The notes beneath the pieces were generated by a model. It was not told the DNA's origin and did no database searches. It was given only the letters and a program-made list of their open reading frames with translations. Made by a program: the position numbers and the translations under genes. From positions 1,556 through 65,555 of the forward strand of contig CAZEXI010000005.1 in the NCBI GenBank assembly GCA_964516805.1: a stretch of 64,000 nt of DNA. The letters run 5' to 3'. Positions 26,328 to 36,497 of this stretch are shown piece after piece. Within the stretch, counting starts at the first letter, position 1; each line of letters begins with the position of its first letter. The stretch comes from an uncultured Thermoplasmata archaeon (GTDB lineage: Archaea; Thermoplasmatota; Thermoplasmata; Halarchaeoplasmatales; Halarchaeoplasmataceae).

Positions 26328-28638
26328 TATCATGGTTTCAAAATTATTTCTGAAACCTTTCAAAGATGTCAAGGATATGAAAGGTAGGATGATCGCCATC
26401 GCCCTAGTTTTCATGGTAACTCTAGGTCTTACTATAGGGGGATTGTACGCAAAAGGTATGATGGTTGAAACTAGAAAACAGATGTTCGATGACGCTAATT
26501 ACGCTGATTTTGAGGTCAATGTAGACAATGCAAACAAAACTGTCCTGAACGAATTAAGGAACATAGATGATATAGACGATGTAGAAGGCAGGTTGATACT
26601 CCACGGCTTGATAAAAGAACCTGATGACATCAAACGTATAATTTTAGTAGGCATAAACCCAGAAGAATCTAGGATGAATACTTATTCTCTGAGAAAAGGC
26701 AGTAGTGACATATCAGGAAACAAAGTTTTACTGGCAGGTAAGAATCCATCATTTAACATAGGTGATAATTTTAAAGCTAGTATAGCAGGAAACGAGAGTG
26801 TTTTTTACGTAGAAGGATATGTGAACAGTGCAGAATATGCTGCTGTGCCCCCTGTTCCTGGTTCATCGATACCTACCCCTGGAGATACTGCTGCAGTTTA
26901 TATCGATATAGATCATCTTCAAAATATTTCTTCCATTCATCACAATAACATCTTGATCAACCATCATGATAACGTGGATAAAAGATCAGTAAAAAATGAA
27001 GTAAGAAAAGTAACAGATAAATCAGGTTTTAACGGTATCACCGAAAAGGAAGACGAGTACATATATCAGATATTTGAATCTGCTATAGAAGAGGAAGAAA
27101 AAGTCATCCCTATAATGTCTGCGATCTTTTCAGTGATCGGAGCAGTACTGATCATAGTCGTGATAAGTAAGATCATACTCAGTCAACAGAAAGAGATGGG
27201 AGTACTCATGGCAATGGGCTATTCTCAAAAAAAGATCATAGCTAGCTATCTTAATTTTGGAGCAATTTTTGGTCTTATCACTGGTGTATCAGGAGGTTTA
27301 TTAGGTATATTCGTCGGATACATGTGGGCTGTATATGGATTACAGATATTTATGAACGTGGATGTTGTTACTCAGTTCTCTCTTTTACCCTTCATTTTAT
27401 CCTTGGTGATGGGCGCTGGTCTTGTGATGTTGGCTGTTTTGATCTCGGTTTACAGGATAAACAAGATGACTGCAATGGAGGCGATGAGTTCAGAAGAATC
27501 TGAAAGTACGATAACGAGGATTCAATTGAGTGACAAAATCAAAAATATCAGTAAATTCTCTTTTAGAAACTTAATAAGAAAACCCAAACGTTTGATAGCT
27601 CTTATCGTAGTTCTTTCACTAACCATCGGTATATCTGGCTCATGGCTTATAATGATGGATTCCATGACAGGACAGGCAGATAACTGGGAGGATCATCAGC
27701 ACTGGGACCTCCAAGTGACTTTTTCACTTCCAGCTAAAGAGGAACATATTCAACAATTAGCGGCTAATTACAGTGGTGAGATAAAGAGTTATGAAACTTA
27801 CACAGTTGCACACGGAGAATCTGATGAGATAAATCTGAAGATGCTGGGTATTCCTCCTGACAGTGAGATGATAGATTTTATCAAACTTGATGGGGATACT
27901 GACTATGGAGCAAAAAGATGTGTGATCACCAGCAAGTTATCTAACGAACTCAACAAAGAAGTCGGTAATACATTAAAGGTTGATGCTGATAACAAAGAAG
28001 TTGAATTGAAGATCGTTGGAATAGTCAATGATCTAAGAGAAAACACGATATTCCTTTCACAGGAAGGTGTGCAAGAGATAACAAGTAGGGAAGGACTTTC
28101 AACAGGCGTATATATAAAAACAGGTTCTAACATACAAAATACAGAAAGGGAATTATATACTCTTAAAAGTGTTTCTTACGTTATCAGTTCAAGTGATTTT
28201 GACAATTCGATGGACAAGATGATAGATGATATGGGAGGACTGCTGTATTTCATGTTCTTGATGAATCTATCTCTTCTTATACTTACCATCATCACTGTTT
28301 CTCTGATAAACGTGCTTGAACGTAGGTCAGAATATGCTCTTTTAGAGATGCTAGGCTATAAGAAAAAGGATTCTTTGAAAGTGATTTTCCAAGAGATAAT
28401 CACAGTAGGTCTTTTCAGTATAATTATAGGGGTGCCTACAACCTATCTATTCAGTATAATCTTCAGAGATATTTACAGCGATCTCATATTCTACTATCCA
28501 TTGATAATAACTATTCCCACTGTAACTATAATAATTGCTTCCTGTATCACTTTTTTCCTAATCTCCATGATATCACCGGGTAGAGTGATACAGAAGTTGG
28601 ATATCGCTGATGCACTGAGAGAGAGAAGTATCGAATAA
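26317..28638 (+). CDS. FtsX/MacB-type ABC transporter permease (double FtsX domain)
   Basis: 773 aa with two blocks of 3-4 TM helices, each preceded by a large extracytoplasmic domain. It overlaps the upstream ATPase gene. Confidence 0.8.
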   Translation: MKCDIMVSKLFLKPFKDVKDMKGRMIAIALVFMVTLGLTIGGLYAKGMMVETRKQMFDDANYADFEVNVDNANKTVLNELRNIDDIDDVEGRLILHGLIKEPDDIKRIILVGINPEESRMNTYSLRKGSSDISGNKVLLAGKNPSFNIGDNFKASIAGNESVFYVEGYVNSAEYAAVPPVPGSSIPTPGDTAAVYIDIDHLQNISSIHHNNILINHHDNVDKRSVKNEVRKVTDKSGFNGITEKEDEYIYQIFESAIEEEEKVIPIMSAIFSVIGAVLIIVVISKIILSQQKEMGVLMAMGYSQKKIIASYLNFGAIFGLITGVSGGLLGIFVGYMWAVYGLQIFMNVDVVTQFSLLPFILSLVMGAGLVMLAVLISVYRINKMTAMEAMSSEESESTITRIQLSDKIKNISKFSFRNLIRKPKRLIALIVVLSLTIGISGSWLIMMDSMTGQADNWEDHQHWDLQVTFSLPAKEEHIQQLAANYSGEIKSYETYTVAHGESDEINLKMLGIPPDSEMIDFIKLDGDTDYGAKRCVITSKLSNELNKEVGNTLKVDADNKEVELKIVGIVNDLRENTIFLSQEGVQEITSREGLSTGVYIKTGSNIQNTERELYTLKSVSYVISSSDFDNSMDKMIDDMGGLLYFMFLMNLSLLILTIITVSLINVLERRSEYALLEMLGYKKKDSLKVIFQEIITVGLFSIIIGVPTTYLFSIIFRDIYSDLIFYYPLIITIPTVTIIIASCITFFLISMISPGRVIQKLDIADALRERSIE

Positions 28639-28701
28639 AAAATCTAAATAATAATTAATTAATATTACCATTCTATTTTCCTTATCTTAGGTGAAAATTG
28701 A

Positions 28702-29043
28702 ATGGACAAAAAAATTGCATATTGCGGATTGAATTGTTCGGAATGTCCTGCTTATGTCGCTACGATAGAAGATGATCATGAAAAAAGGAAGGACCTTGCG
28801 GAGAAATGGTCCACTGAGAATTTTCCTCTTGAACCAGAAGATATTAACTGTGAAGGATGTACTAAAAAGACTGACATCATGTCATTTTGTGGTAACTGTG
28901 ATGTTAGAGAATGTGCTTCTGAAAGAGGAGTGGAGAACTGTGCACACTGCAGCGAATATCCATGTGATAAATTAGACAAAATATTCAACATGGACCCTGG
29001 AGCGAAAGAAAGATTAGATGAGATGCAGAAGTCCTTAGCTTAG
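28702..29043 (+). CDS. DUF3795-family Cys-rich protein
   Basis: 113 aa. The N-terminus IAYCGLNCSECPAY and later CxxC motifs are characteristic of DUF3795. Confidence 0.7.
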   Translation: MDKKIAYCGLNCSECPAYVATIEDDHEKRKDLAEKWSTENFPLEPEDINCEGCTKKTDIMSFCGNCDVRECASERGVENCAHCSEYPCDKLDKIFNMDPGAKERLDEMQKSLA

Positions 29044-29852
29044 AACTTACCTACCAACACTTTGTATTCATCGATTTTATCAAACCCTATTCTTTCAGCT
29101 AACTTCACTGAAGGTTCGTTTGATCGGTAGCACTCCCAATACGGGATGATATCGTTTATTAAGCAGTATTTTACAAATTCAAGTGCTGTTTTAGTAGCTA
29201 TACCTCGATCACGATATCTCTCTAAAGTCTCTATACCTATCCCGCAAAAACCTTCACTAACATATTCAGAAGTACACCAACAGACTATCTCGTTATCAAG
29301 CAAACCTGCTTTACCAAATCCGTTTTCATAGTACTTATCAAATGAAGGCCACATCCATTTAATTTCGTTAATGACCTTTGCTAAATTCCTTAAACTCGTA
29401 TTTTTCAAGAACTGTTTATCGATATCAGCGACTCTAAGTCCTTCAACCGAACTCTGATACTTACCGATATCTTCCCTTCTGTATTCATAAAAATTTTTTC
29501 TAAAGCTTTTCAACTCTCTATCATCAAAAATAGTTCTGACTGACCTCTCAGAAATACTTGTCAAATTAGTGACTTTAAAATGAGAAAGACCTTCTTCATC
29601 AGCCTTTTTCTCGATCTCATCACAAAATAAAGAAGAGAGATCCGCCAAACATTCAGAAGTCGGTTCCTCACCAAATAAATAGAAAACTATATTCCCTTTG
29701 TCCCAAAGAAAATAAGATCCTTCCTCCTCACAGACCCACAAATAACCTTCGGTATTTTCCTCATAAATAGAGGATAAAATCATGTTTAATTGGGGATTTT
29801 CAGTTGATGATGATATTTTTTCTATCTCACTGGCATCTGATTTTTTCAACAT
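29040..29852 (-). CDS. GNAT-family N-acetyltransferase (C-terminal GNAT domain)
   Basis: 270 aa. The C-terminal block GIGIETLERYRDRGIATKTALEFV fits the acetyl-CoA-binding motif A. Confidence 0.65.
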   Translation of the reverse strand: MLKKSDASEIEKISSSTENPQLNMILSSIYEENTEGYLWVCEEEGSYFLWDKGNIVFYLFGEEPTSECLADLSSLFCDEIEKKADEEGLSHFKVTNLTSISERSVRTIFDDRELKSFRKNFYEYRREDIGKYQSSVEGLRVADIDKQFLKNTSLRNLAKVINEIKWMWPSFDKYYENGFGKAGLLDNEIVCWCTSEYVSEGFCGIGIETLERYRDRGIATKTALEFVKYCLINDIIPYWECYRSNEPSVKLAERIGFDKIDEYKVLVGKF

Positions 29853-29913
29853 GTGACCAGTTATTTTCCACTATATCATAAATCTTTTGAATGTAAATAA
29901 AAATGGAAAGAGT

Positions 29914-30651
29914 TTAACCGTAAAGTGGTGGTGTTGCTGAACTCCTATCCATCTTCTTTTGTGCCTGTTTTGCCTGTGAGACCATCTGGTTGTACATATC
30001 TTCCAATTCCTCTGCCCTCTCGATAAGACTCTCGGTTTCTATCTCGATATCTTTTATATCAGCAAATTTCTGTAATAGACTTACTGCGCCTCTGGGATCT
30101 GGTAGTTTTGGATTGGATTCGATGTACATCCCTATGGCTTTCATGTTCTTCTCATGTGCTGTAAGAATTAAAGAACTAGATATACCCGTTATCGCACCCC
30201 TATCAATCACATCCAAGTCTATCTCCACTGCTTCCTTTTCATAAGCATGTCCACTCAATACAGCCCAGATTTTGCTATCCTCATTTTCTTTCCTTTTTTG
30301 GACTCCATCTAAAACAAACATCTCTTTAACGCCTTTCTCTTCTGCCCATTCAATTATTTTTTCCGCAAGACTATTCGTCAATTCAGGAGGTATGACCATA
30401 TCAGCCTTTACCAAAAGAAATCCTTCTCCGTAAAAGAAACGTACGGGTCTCCTAGGAATCCCGTCAAATACAACTGCTGTAGGTGGAAACTGATCACAAT
30501 CTAACGATGCGACCTGTTCTAGTTCTAAAGTATTTATCAACTGTTCAGAAGCTATCCCACCGACTAAACCCACTCCAGGAAATCCTGCAAGTAAAGTGTC
30601 TACATTTGGAATCTCATCCTCTTCATTTATTTTATAACATGGTTTTGCCAT
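29914..30651 (-). CDS. PAC2-family proteasome assembly chaperone
   Basis: 245 aa. LLAGFPGVGLVGGIASEQLI is the PAC2 N-terminal signature. Confidence 0.75.
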   Translation of the reverse strand: MAKPCYKINEEDEIPNVDTLLAGFPGVGLVGGIASEQLINTLELEQVASLDCDQFPPTAVVFDGIPRRPVRFFYGEGFLLVKADMVIPPELTNSLAEKIIEWAEEKGVKEMFVLDGVQKRKENEDSKIWAVLSGHAYEKEAVEIDLDVIDRGAITGISSSLILTAHEKNMKAIGMYIESNPKLPDPRGAVSLLQKFADIKDIEIETESLIERAEELEDMYNQMVSQAKQAQKKMDRSSATPPLYG

Positions 30652-31102
30652 ATTCTATCCCTCAGTTATTACAGCACCTCTTTAGGATAAAAAATTTTTT
30701 AAAAATATGTGTTAGCATTACGGACCTATCTGTAAAAATTGAACTAACGTAGAAAAAATTCCGTATCAATCTTTTATCAATTCATCTCTCGATAATCAAC
30801 TACTCTATTTACCAGATCCCTCACAAATTCACAGTAACACATGACTTGGTTATCACACAGAATTCTATTACCGAAAACCATAACGCAAACTCCTGCTTCC
30901 ACTGGAAATCTAATATTCTTATCCGATTTACCTTGTGATCCCTGTATTTTTTGATATGATCTGTTTTTTTGTATGATTCTTGGCCTTCGAAACCATCTTC
31001 TTTTTTAAGTCTTTTCCATCATTTCTCCGCTCCACAATGAGTACATCCTTAAAATAATAAAAGATACTTCAAATTAGATAAACTTATCTTAGAGAGGTAC
31101 AA

Positions 31103-31852
31103 TCATCCTATTTTTTCAGCTATGTGTAAAAATCTATCTTTATCAAATTTGACTACTTCGAAACCGTTATTTTTAAGAAAATAATCTAACTCTGATTTTA
31201 AAAAGCTCCTTAAAATCTGTTCATCCCTGAACCTATCAACTATTTCACCATGTTGTTTTACGATATAATCACATTTCCAATTCCAGCTAATACCTGTACC
31301 TATATTCCATTCTACTGTATTTTTTCGCTTGATTGCCTTATCTTTCAATCTGACTTTATCAGTAGTCCTGCTGTATTTTTCAAATCCTTTGATAGTCTGC
31401 AAACCATCAAAATTATCAATAATCAATAGACCACCATCTTTCAAATGATCGTTAAAACATTCTAGAGCCTTGGTTATATCATCATCATTGACCATATGAG
31501 CGAACCCATGTCCTAACGAAACGATAGTATCAAACTCCTGCCCTATATCAAAATCTCTCATGTCATCAAGGATGAAATCAACTTCTGGTACTCTTTCCTT
31601 GGCAATCTTGAGCATCTCATCAGAAAAATCCAATCCTGTTACATCATATCCATTTTCGTACAATCTTTTGACAAGTCTACCGGTACCACAGGTCACTTCT
31701 AGAACTTTATTAAAGTTCCTCTCTTTCATGTATCTGTCCACAATCCTGAACTGCTCATCATAATCAAATATTACCTTATACATCTCATCATACAGTTCAG
31801 CATGTTCAAAGTAAAGCATAGATAGATCCCTTATCATATAAAATAATTCCAT
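31103..31852 (-). CDS. class I SAM-dependent methyltransferase
   Basis: 249 aa with motif I VLEVTCGTGRL, motif II-like LDFS and post-I acidic residues. Confidence 0.8.
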   Translation of the reverse strand: MELFYMIRDLSMLYFEHAELYDEMYKVIFDYDEQFRIVDRYMKERNFNKVLEVTCGTGRLVKRLYENGYDVTGLDFSDEMLKIAKERVPEVDFILDDMRDFDIGQEFDTIVSLGHGFAHMVNDDDITKALECFNDHLKDGGLLIIDNFDGLQTIKGFEKYSRTTDKVRLKDKAIKRKNTVEWNIGTGISWNWKCDYIVKQHGEIVDRFRDEQILRSFLKSELDYFLKNNGFEVVKFDKDRFLHIAEKIG

Positions 31853-31913
31853 ATAATATTATAAAGTTTCTCAGCTAAATCAGTCTGATAAAAGAACGAA
31901 TACAGTATATGTT

Positions 31914-32435
31914 TCAAACTTCATACACATGCCCTAAATAAAGAACTATAATTATCAAAATACGAAAAATTATACTCACATGTATTTTGTACAAATTATT
32001 ACTTACATCCTCATCAAAAAATTTAGAATAATACAGAAATCCTGGTAAAATATTAGTCCACACCATCATAAGACCGATCGTTAAAAATATATTCCAGTTC
32101 TCTAGAGCTAAATATGCGTGTAAAGATATAAAACCCAATGCTCCAACACCTATTATAAGATGTGAACTTTTGAAAGCTGGCTTAAAACTTCTAAATATTA
32201 TCATTGCTCTCGTATCCTTTTTAGCATTCTTTTTTATTGATTTATGAACATAAGTCAAGGGTAATATCAGGGTGGCTAGTCCAAATAAAATAAATGTTAG
32301 AATTCCGGTAAATTCAGTTATTTTTTCAGAACTATTCTCTTCTAGCCCATTATTTTCAGCACAGATACTAAATGAAAATACGATCGATGAAATCAGTACG
32401 AAAACTGTTAGTAACCAAATCTTTTCTCCTATCAT
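31914..32435 (-). CDS. hypothetical integral membrane protein
   Basis: 173 aa with an N-terminal signal/TM and about 4 more TM helices. I recognised no family. Confidence 0.4.
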   Translation of the reverse strand: MIGEKIWLLTVFVLISSIVFSFSICAENNGLEENSSEKITEFTGILTFILFGLATLILPLTYVHKSIKKNAKKDTRAMIIFRSFKPAFKSSHLIIGVGALGFISLHAYLALENWNIFLTIGLMMVWTNILPGFLYYSKFFDEDVSNNLYKIHVSIIFRILIIIVLYLGHVYEV

Positions 32436-32556
32436 TATCAGTTAATCATCGTTTTATATGTCTATAACTGTTTCCTAATCTTTTTGTTTTTAAGGTCATG
32501 TCTTACAATCAACGAAAAAAATAAATTCACAGAGCCATTAATAAGCTGTTGATTCT

Positions 32557-32748
32557 ATGAAAAGCGATGGTCTAACAAATAACAAAAAACCTAAGCCAAA
32601 AACTCTCTACATCCTAGGTTTTATTGTCATGTTAGTGGGTTTGATTTCATCCGTCTGGTTCCATTTTTATATTGGAATCGGTCTTTTCTTCGGTGGAGTG
32701 GGACTATACCTCATAGGAATGATGAGTAGAAACAGATGGAACATGTAA
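32557..32748 (+). CDS. hypothetical small two-TM membrane protein
   Basis: 63-aa ORF with a basic N-terminus followed by two hydrophobic helices. Confidence 0.35.
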   Translation: MKSDGLTNNKKPKPKTLYILGFIVMLVGLISSVWFHFYIGIGLFFGGVGLYLIGMMSRNRWNM

Positions 32749-33031
32749 AAATAAAGAAAACTTTTGCCCTTCCCCTTAGTTTAGTATACCAAACATTATC
32801 TTGGAGAAGGACATGTCCTTTGCACTTCTTTCCTGTGTGTTTATTATTTTTCTCATTTATATCACCTATCTTGTTATAACTAGGATGCGTGACCAATCTA
32901 TATTTAAAGAGCGGTAAAAAGTGCCCATCTATTGAGCACATTAGAAAATCCGGTCTCTACGATTATACTTATATATGAATTATATCTGATATCAGTCCTG
33001 TGATATCATCGAACCACTAGAAACAGAAAGA

Positions 33032-33562
33032 TTGATACTTAGAGAGTTCAAAGAAGACGATCTTGAAGAGATACATGATTATGCATCTGATCCTGAAGTT
33101 ACTGAATACATGGTATGGGGTGCAAATGATAAAAAACAGACCAAGGAATTTCTAGAAAAAGCATTAGAACAGCAAAAGAAGGATAACAGAAAAAATTATG
33201 ATTTTGCGATTATCCTCAAATCAGGAAAATTGATAGGTGCTTGTGGAATAGATGATATCAAACTTAGAACCAAAAAAGGAGAATTGGGATATTGTTTGAA
33301 TAGGGATCATTGGGGTAAAGGTTATGCAACTGAGACAGCTGGATCATTACTAGATTTTGGATTCAAAAAATTGGAACTGCACAGGATCTACGCCAAGTGT
33401 GATACAAGAAATAAACAATCTGCTAAAGTTCTTGAAAAGATAGGTATGGAAAGAGAAGGAAGACTTAGAGAACATAAAATAATAGATGGTGACTGGAGAG
33501 ATTCATACGTATATTCCATACTAGAACATGAATACAGAACCAGACAAGAAAACCATTTATAA
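33032..33562 (+). CDS. GNAT N-acetyltransferase, RimJ/RimL-like
   Basis: 176 aa with the motif-A region WGKGYATETAGSLLDFGF. The conserved (L)ETERLILREF N-terminal motif extends upstream of the TTG start, so the true start is unclear. Confidence 0.8.
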   Translation: MILREFKEDDLEEIHDYASDPEVTEYMVWGANDKKQTKEFLEKALEQQKKDNRKNYDFAIILKSGKLIGACGIDDIKLRTKKGELGYCLNRDHWGKGYATETAGSLLDFGFKKLELHRIYAKCDTRNKQSAKVLEKIGMEREGRLREHKIIDGDWRDSYVYSILEHEYRTRQENHL

Positions 33563-33599
33563 ACCATGAAATGTTTGGAAAATCAGAGGTGCAGTACTG

Positions 33600-34601
33600 T
33601 TGAAGATACAAATAAGAGAAAAACCATGGGACCTTGCCTTCATCGTAGTAGTGACAGCTTTACTATTAGCTGTTATAGCATTCAGTCCTAGCAGTACTGC
33701 GAGGACCATACTTGGACTTCCCTACATCCTGTTTTTCCCCGGATACGTGCTCATCTCTTTTCTGTTTCCAGAAGAGCAGCCTCTGGATAAGATAGAAAGG
33801 ATAGCTCTTTCATTCGGGCTGAGTATCGCTATAACCCCATTGATCGGGTTGCTCTTAAACTACATCTGGGAGATCAGTTTAGTTCCAATTCTTTATTCTC
33901 AATCGTTGTTCATATTTGCTTTTTCATTACTCGCGTACCTTCGAAGAGAGACAATCCCATTAGAAGAAAGATTCAGCATATATTTAGAGATAAATAAGCC
34001 GGACTGGGAAAATTACGATATCATCGATAAGGCACTGGTGATAGCTACCGTTGGCCTGCTGATAGCTTCCGGTGGTTTAGCCTATCATATAGCCACCACA
34101 CCAAGAACTGGAGAACAATTTACCGAGTACTATGTCTTAGGGCCGAACGGTATGGCTGATGATTATCCTACAAATCTAACCGTAAATGAATCTGGTCATG
34201 TTATACTCGGGGCGATTAATCGTGAGCATAAAGAGATGGAATATCTGATGGTAGTGAGGATGGCATCTACTAATCTAAATTCATCCCAAGAACTAGACAA
34301 TAAAATCAAATCTAAAGATAAAAACGAAACTATTGATGTAAAAACATATTTTGATTACCAGAATATGACCGTCAACCAGATGCCACAGGATTATAACATA
34401 ACTTTATCGAATTCTACAACTTATATACAGAATTTCAGTCTAAAAAATGATGAGAAATTTACTCATCATATGAACTATACTATAAATGAAACCGGGTTAT
34501 ATATGGTTCAGTTTTTACTAGTCAAACCAAACGAGTTCTCACCTCAAGAAAAGAATGGGTACAGAGAACTGCATTTATGGGTGACTGTCAGGGAGGGATA
34601 G
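33600..34601 (+). CDS. DUF1616-family archaeal membrane protein
   Basis: 333 aa. The N-terminal TM region with LGLPYILFFPGY and IERIALSFGLSI resembles DUF1616. A C-terminal extracytoplasmic domain carries several N-x-S/T sites. TTG start. Confidence 0.65.
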   Translation: MKIQIREKPWDLAFIVVVTALLLAVIAFSPSSTARTILGLPYILFFPGYVLISFLFPEEQPLDKIERIALSFGLSIAITPLIGLLLNYIWEISLVPILYSQSLFIFAFSLLAYLRRETIPLEERFSIYLEINKPDWENYDIIDKALVIATVGLLIASGGLAYHIATTPRTGEQFTEYYVLGPNGMADDYPTNLTVNESGHVILGAINREHKEMEYLMVVRMASTNLNSSQELDNKIKSKDKNETIDVKTYFDYQNMTVNQMPQDYNITLSNSTTYIQNFSLKNDEKFTHHMNYTINETGLYMVQFLLVKPNEFSPQEKNGYRELHLWVTVREG

Positions 34602-34602
34602 A

Positions 34603-36000
34603 GTGGCTGATACAAAGCTTACAAGACGAGGAAGATCTCTAATTCTGATACCAATATTCCTATTCATCACAGGGTTTCTGTTAGAACAACCATTCACTGT
34701 CCTTATAGGTATAGGATTGCTATCTCTAACTTTCTATTCAAGATATGTAATCAAAGAATTACCTGATTTGATAGTGACTGATCATATAATTGAAGATAAC
34801 AAACATGTGGATGAACCTTTTCAAGTCACTCATAAAATCAAAAGTGAACAACCAACTAGAACCAAAATTGATGTGAACTTAGAGGATAGTTTTAAGATTA
34901 ATTCATCACTAGATTTCAATTCAACGATCGAAAGCGAAGAATACATCCAGTACAAAGCTGTTCCAAAAAGCAGAGGATATCATCAATTGGGTCGTCTAAC
35001 CGGTTTTATTTACGATCCCTTGAAGATTTATAAAAGAAAATTCAAACATGACATCAGCAAGAAATTAAGTATACAGAGCTCAAAAGAAGCAATAAGAAGA
35101 GCTCAAACTTATACAAGAAGAAGACATGCAGAAGAATTCATAACGGATGAGATGAATTTAGCTCTACGTTCTAACGAGTTCGAAGGTATTAGAGAATATC
35201 AACCCGGAGATTCATTAAAAGACATACATTGGAAATCACTATCAAAATTTCAAAAATACATGACCAGAGTCTATGAAAATATAACTCCTATAAACTGCCA
35301 CATCCTCATAGACTGCTCACAATCAATGAGAAGAAAACTTTCTGATGGAACAACCAAGTTGGATCAAGCTGTTTATGTGGCAACTGAGATATTAAAAAAT
35401 TTCGAACTATTAGGTCACAATATAGGTATTACAGCCTATGATCATAAAAAGGTATTATTTCACCAGGAACCCGGACAGAAGAAAGAATCCTTCCAAAGAA
35501 TCTACAAAAAACTTCCAGAACTCCCAGGTCCAATCGATACAAAGCAAAAAGGTTTTGAAAGATATAATAGGAGGATAGAAAAGGAGACACTTGATAAGTT
35601 CGAAGAATTATTTTCTCGTCAGGTGAGTAAATTTATTTCGCCGACCAAGCAAAAAGAGCTTTCCGGGATTCTATCAGCAGTATCACAAATAAGGTCAACA
35701 AAGATAGAAAAATCGTTGATACTGGTATTTTCAGACCTGGAATCTTTCCCTTACGCAACGATTAAAGGGATCGAGAACCTAAAGATGTTGGAAAACAGAG
35801 TATGGACTATTGTACCGTTTTCCAGCTGGTATGAAGAAGATGATGTTGATAAAGAAGCATTAGAAAGAGCTTACAAAGACTACGAAAAACTAGAGCAAAT
35901 ATTTCACAGGTTGGAGAGATTGGATGTGTCTATATTCGAACTGCATCCAGAAAAAGAAGGCTTTATGATTTTGGAAGAAAGGGGGGCTAGAAAGAAATGA
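34603..36000 (+). CDS. DUF58 (vWA-like) protein
   Basis: 465 aa with an N-terminal TM hairpin, the DUF58 signature REYQPGDSLKDIHWKS and the MIDAS-like ILIDCSQSM. GTG start 1 nt after the upstream stop. Confidence 0.8.
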   Translation: MADTKLTRRGRSLILIPIFLFITGFLLEQPFTVLIGIGLLSLTFYSRYVIKELPDLIVTDHIIEDNKHVDEPFQVTHKIKSEQPTRTKIDVNLEDSFKINSSLDFNSTIESEEYIQYKAVPKSRGYHQLGRLTGFIYDPLKIYKRKFKHDISKKLSIQSSKEAIRRAQTYTRRRHAEEFITDEMNLALRSNEFEGIREYQPGDSLKDIHWKSLSKFQKYMTRVYENITPINCHILIDCSQSMRRKLSDGTTKLDQAVYVATEILKNFELLGHNIGITAYDHKKVLFHQEPGQKKESFQRIYKKLPELPGPIDTKQKGFERYNRRIEKETLDKFEELFSRQVSKFISPTKQKELSGILSAVSQIRSTKIEKSLILVFSDLESFPYATIKGIENLKMLENRVWTIVPFSSWYEEDDVDKEALERAYKDYEKLEQIFHRLERLDVSIFELHPEKEGFMILEERGARKK

Positions 36001-36497
36001 ATGAAAGAAATATATTGATACATTTACTAGGTATTATCCTATCTATATCAGCTATTTTACATTCCTTTGATAATTATTGGACTGTTATAATTGTCATTCC
36101 CTATATAATAGTCTCTATTTCAGTCAAATTGAACCTAGAAAAAATATCGGTAATCCCATTGACTGCTGGAACTTTGATAATACCGTTCTTTATTAGCCCA
36201 AATTCTATGAACGATTTTATCCCCATAACAATATTTATAATCACCTTTATCACCCCTCTGATGATCTACTGGATCCTTGTTCTGACACCAACGATAAATT
36301 TTAACCAAAAAGGTATTTTTCTTACAGCATCTTATTTTTGTTTATCGATAATCGTATTTTACAGTATGACATCTATTTTCAACATAACTGATTATATATT
36401 GGCGGAAGAAAATTCAGGCCCTCAAGCGCTGGTACTTATAGGTTCAGCTTTAATAGCTATGATACCTTATCATATCTGGCTGACATTCAAGGACTAA
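35997..36497 (+). CDS. hypothetical polytopic membrane protein
   Basis: 166 aa with about 5 TM helices. Its start overlaps the DUF58 stop (ATGA). Confidence 0.45.
   Translation: MNERNILIHLLGIILSISAILHSFDNYWTVIIVIPYIIVSISVKLNLEKISVIPLTAGTLIIPFFISPNSMNDFIPITIFIITFITPLMIYWILVLTPTINFNQKGIFLTASYFCLSIIVFYSMTSIFNITDYILAEENSGPQALVLIGSALIAMIPYHIWLTFKD

Noticed and set aside
32711-32941. 76-aa ORF on the - strand in the gap between the 63-aa membrane ORF and the GNAT gene
   Set aside because: It overlaps the 3' end of the opposite-strand ORF and has an odd composition with no motif. It has no plausible ribosome-binding or promoter context that I could see.
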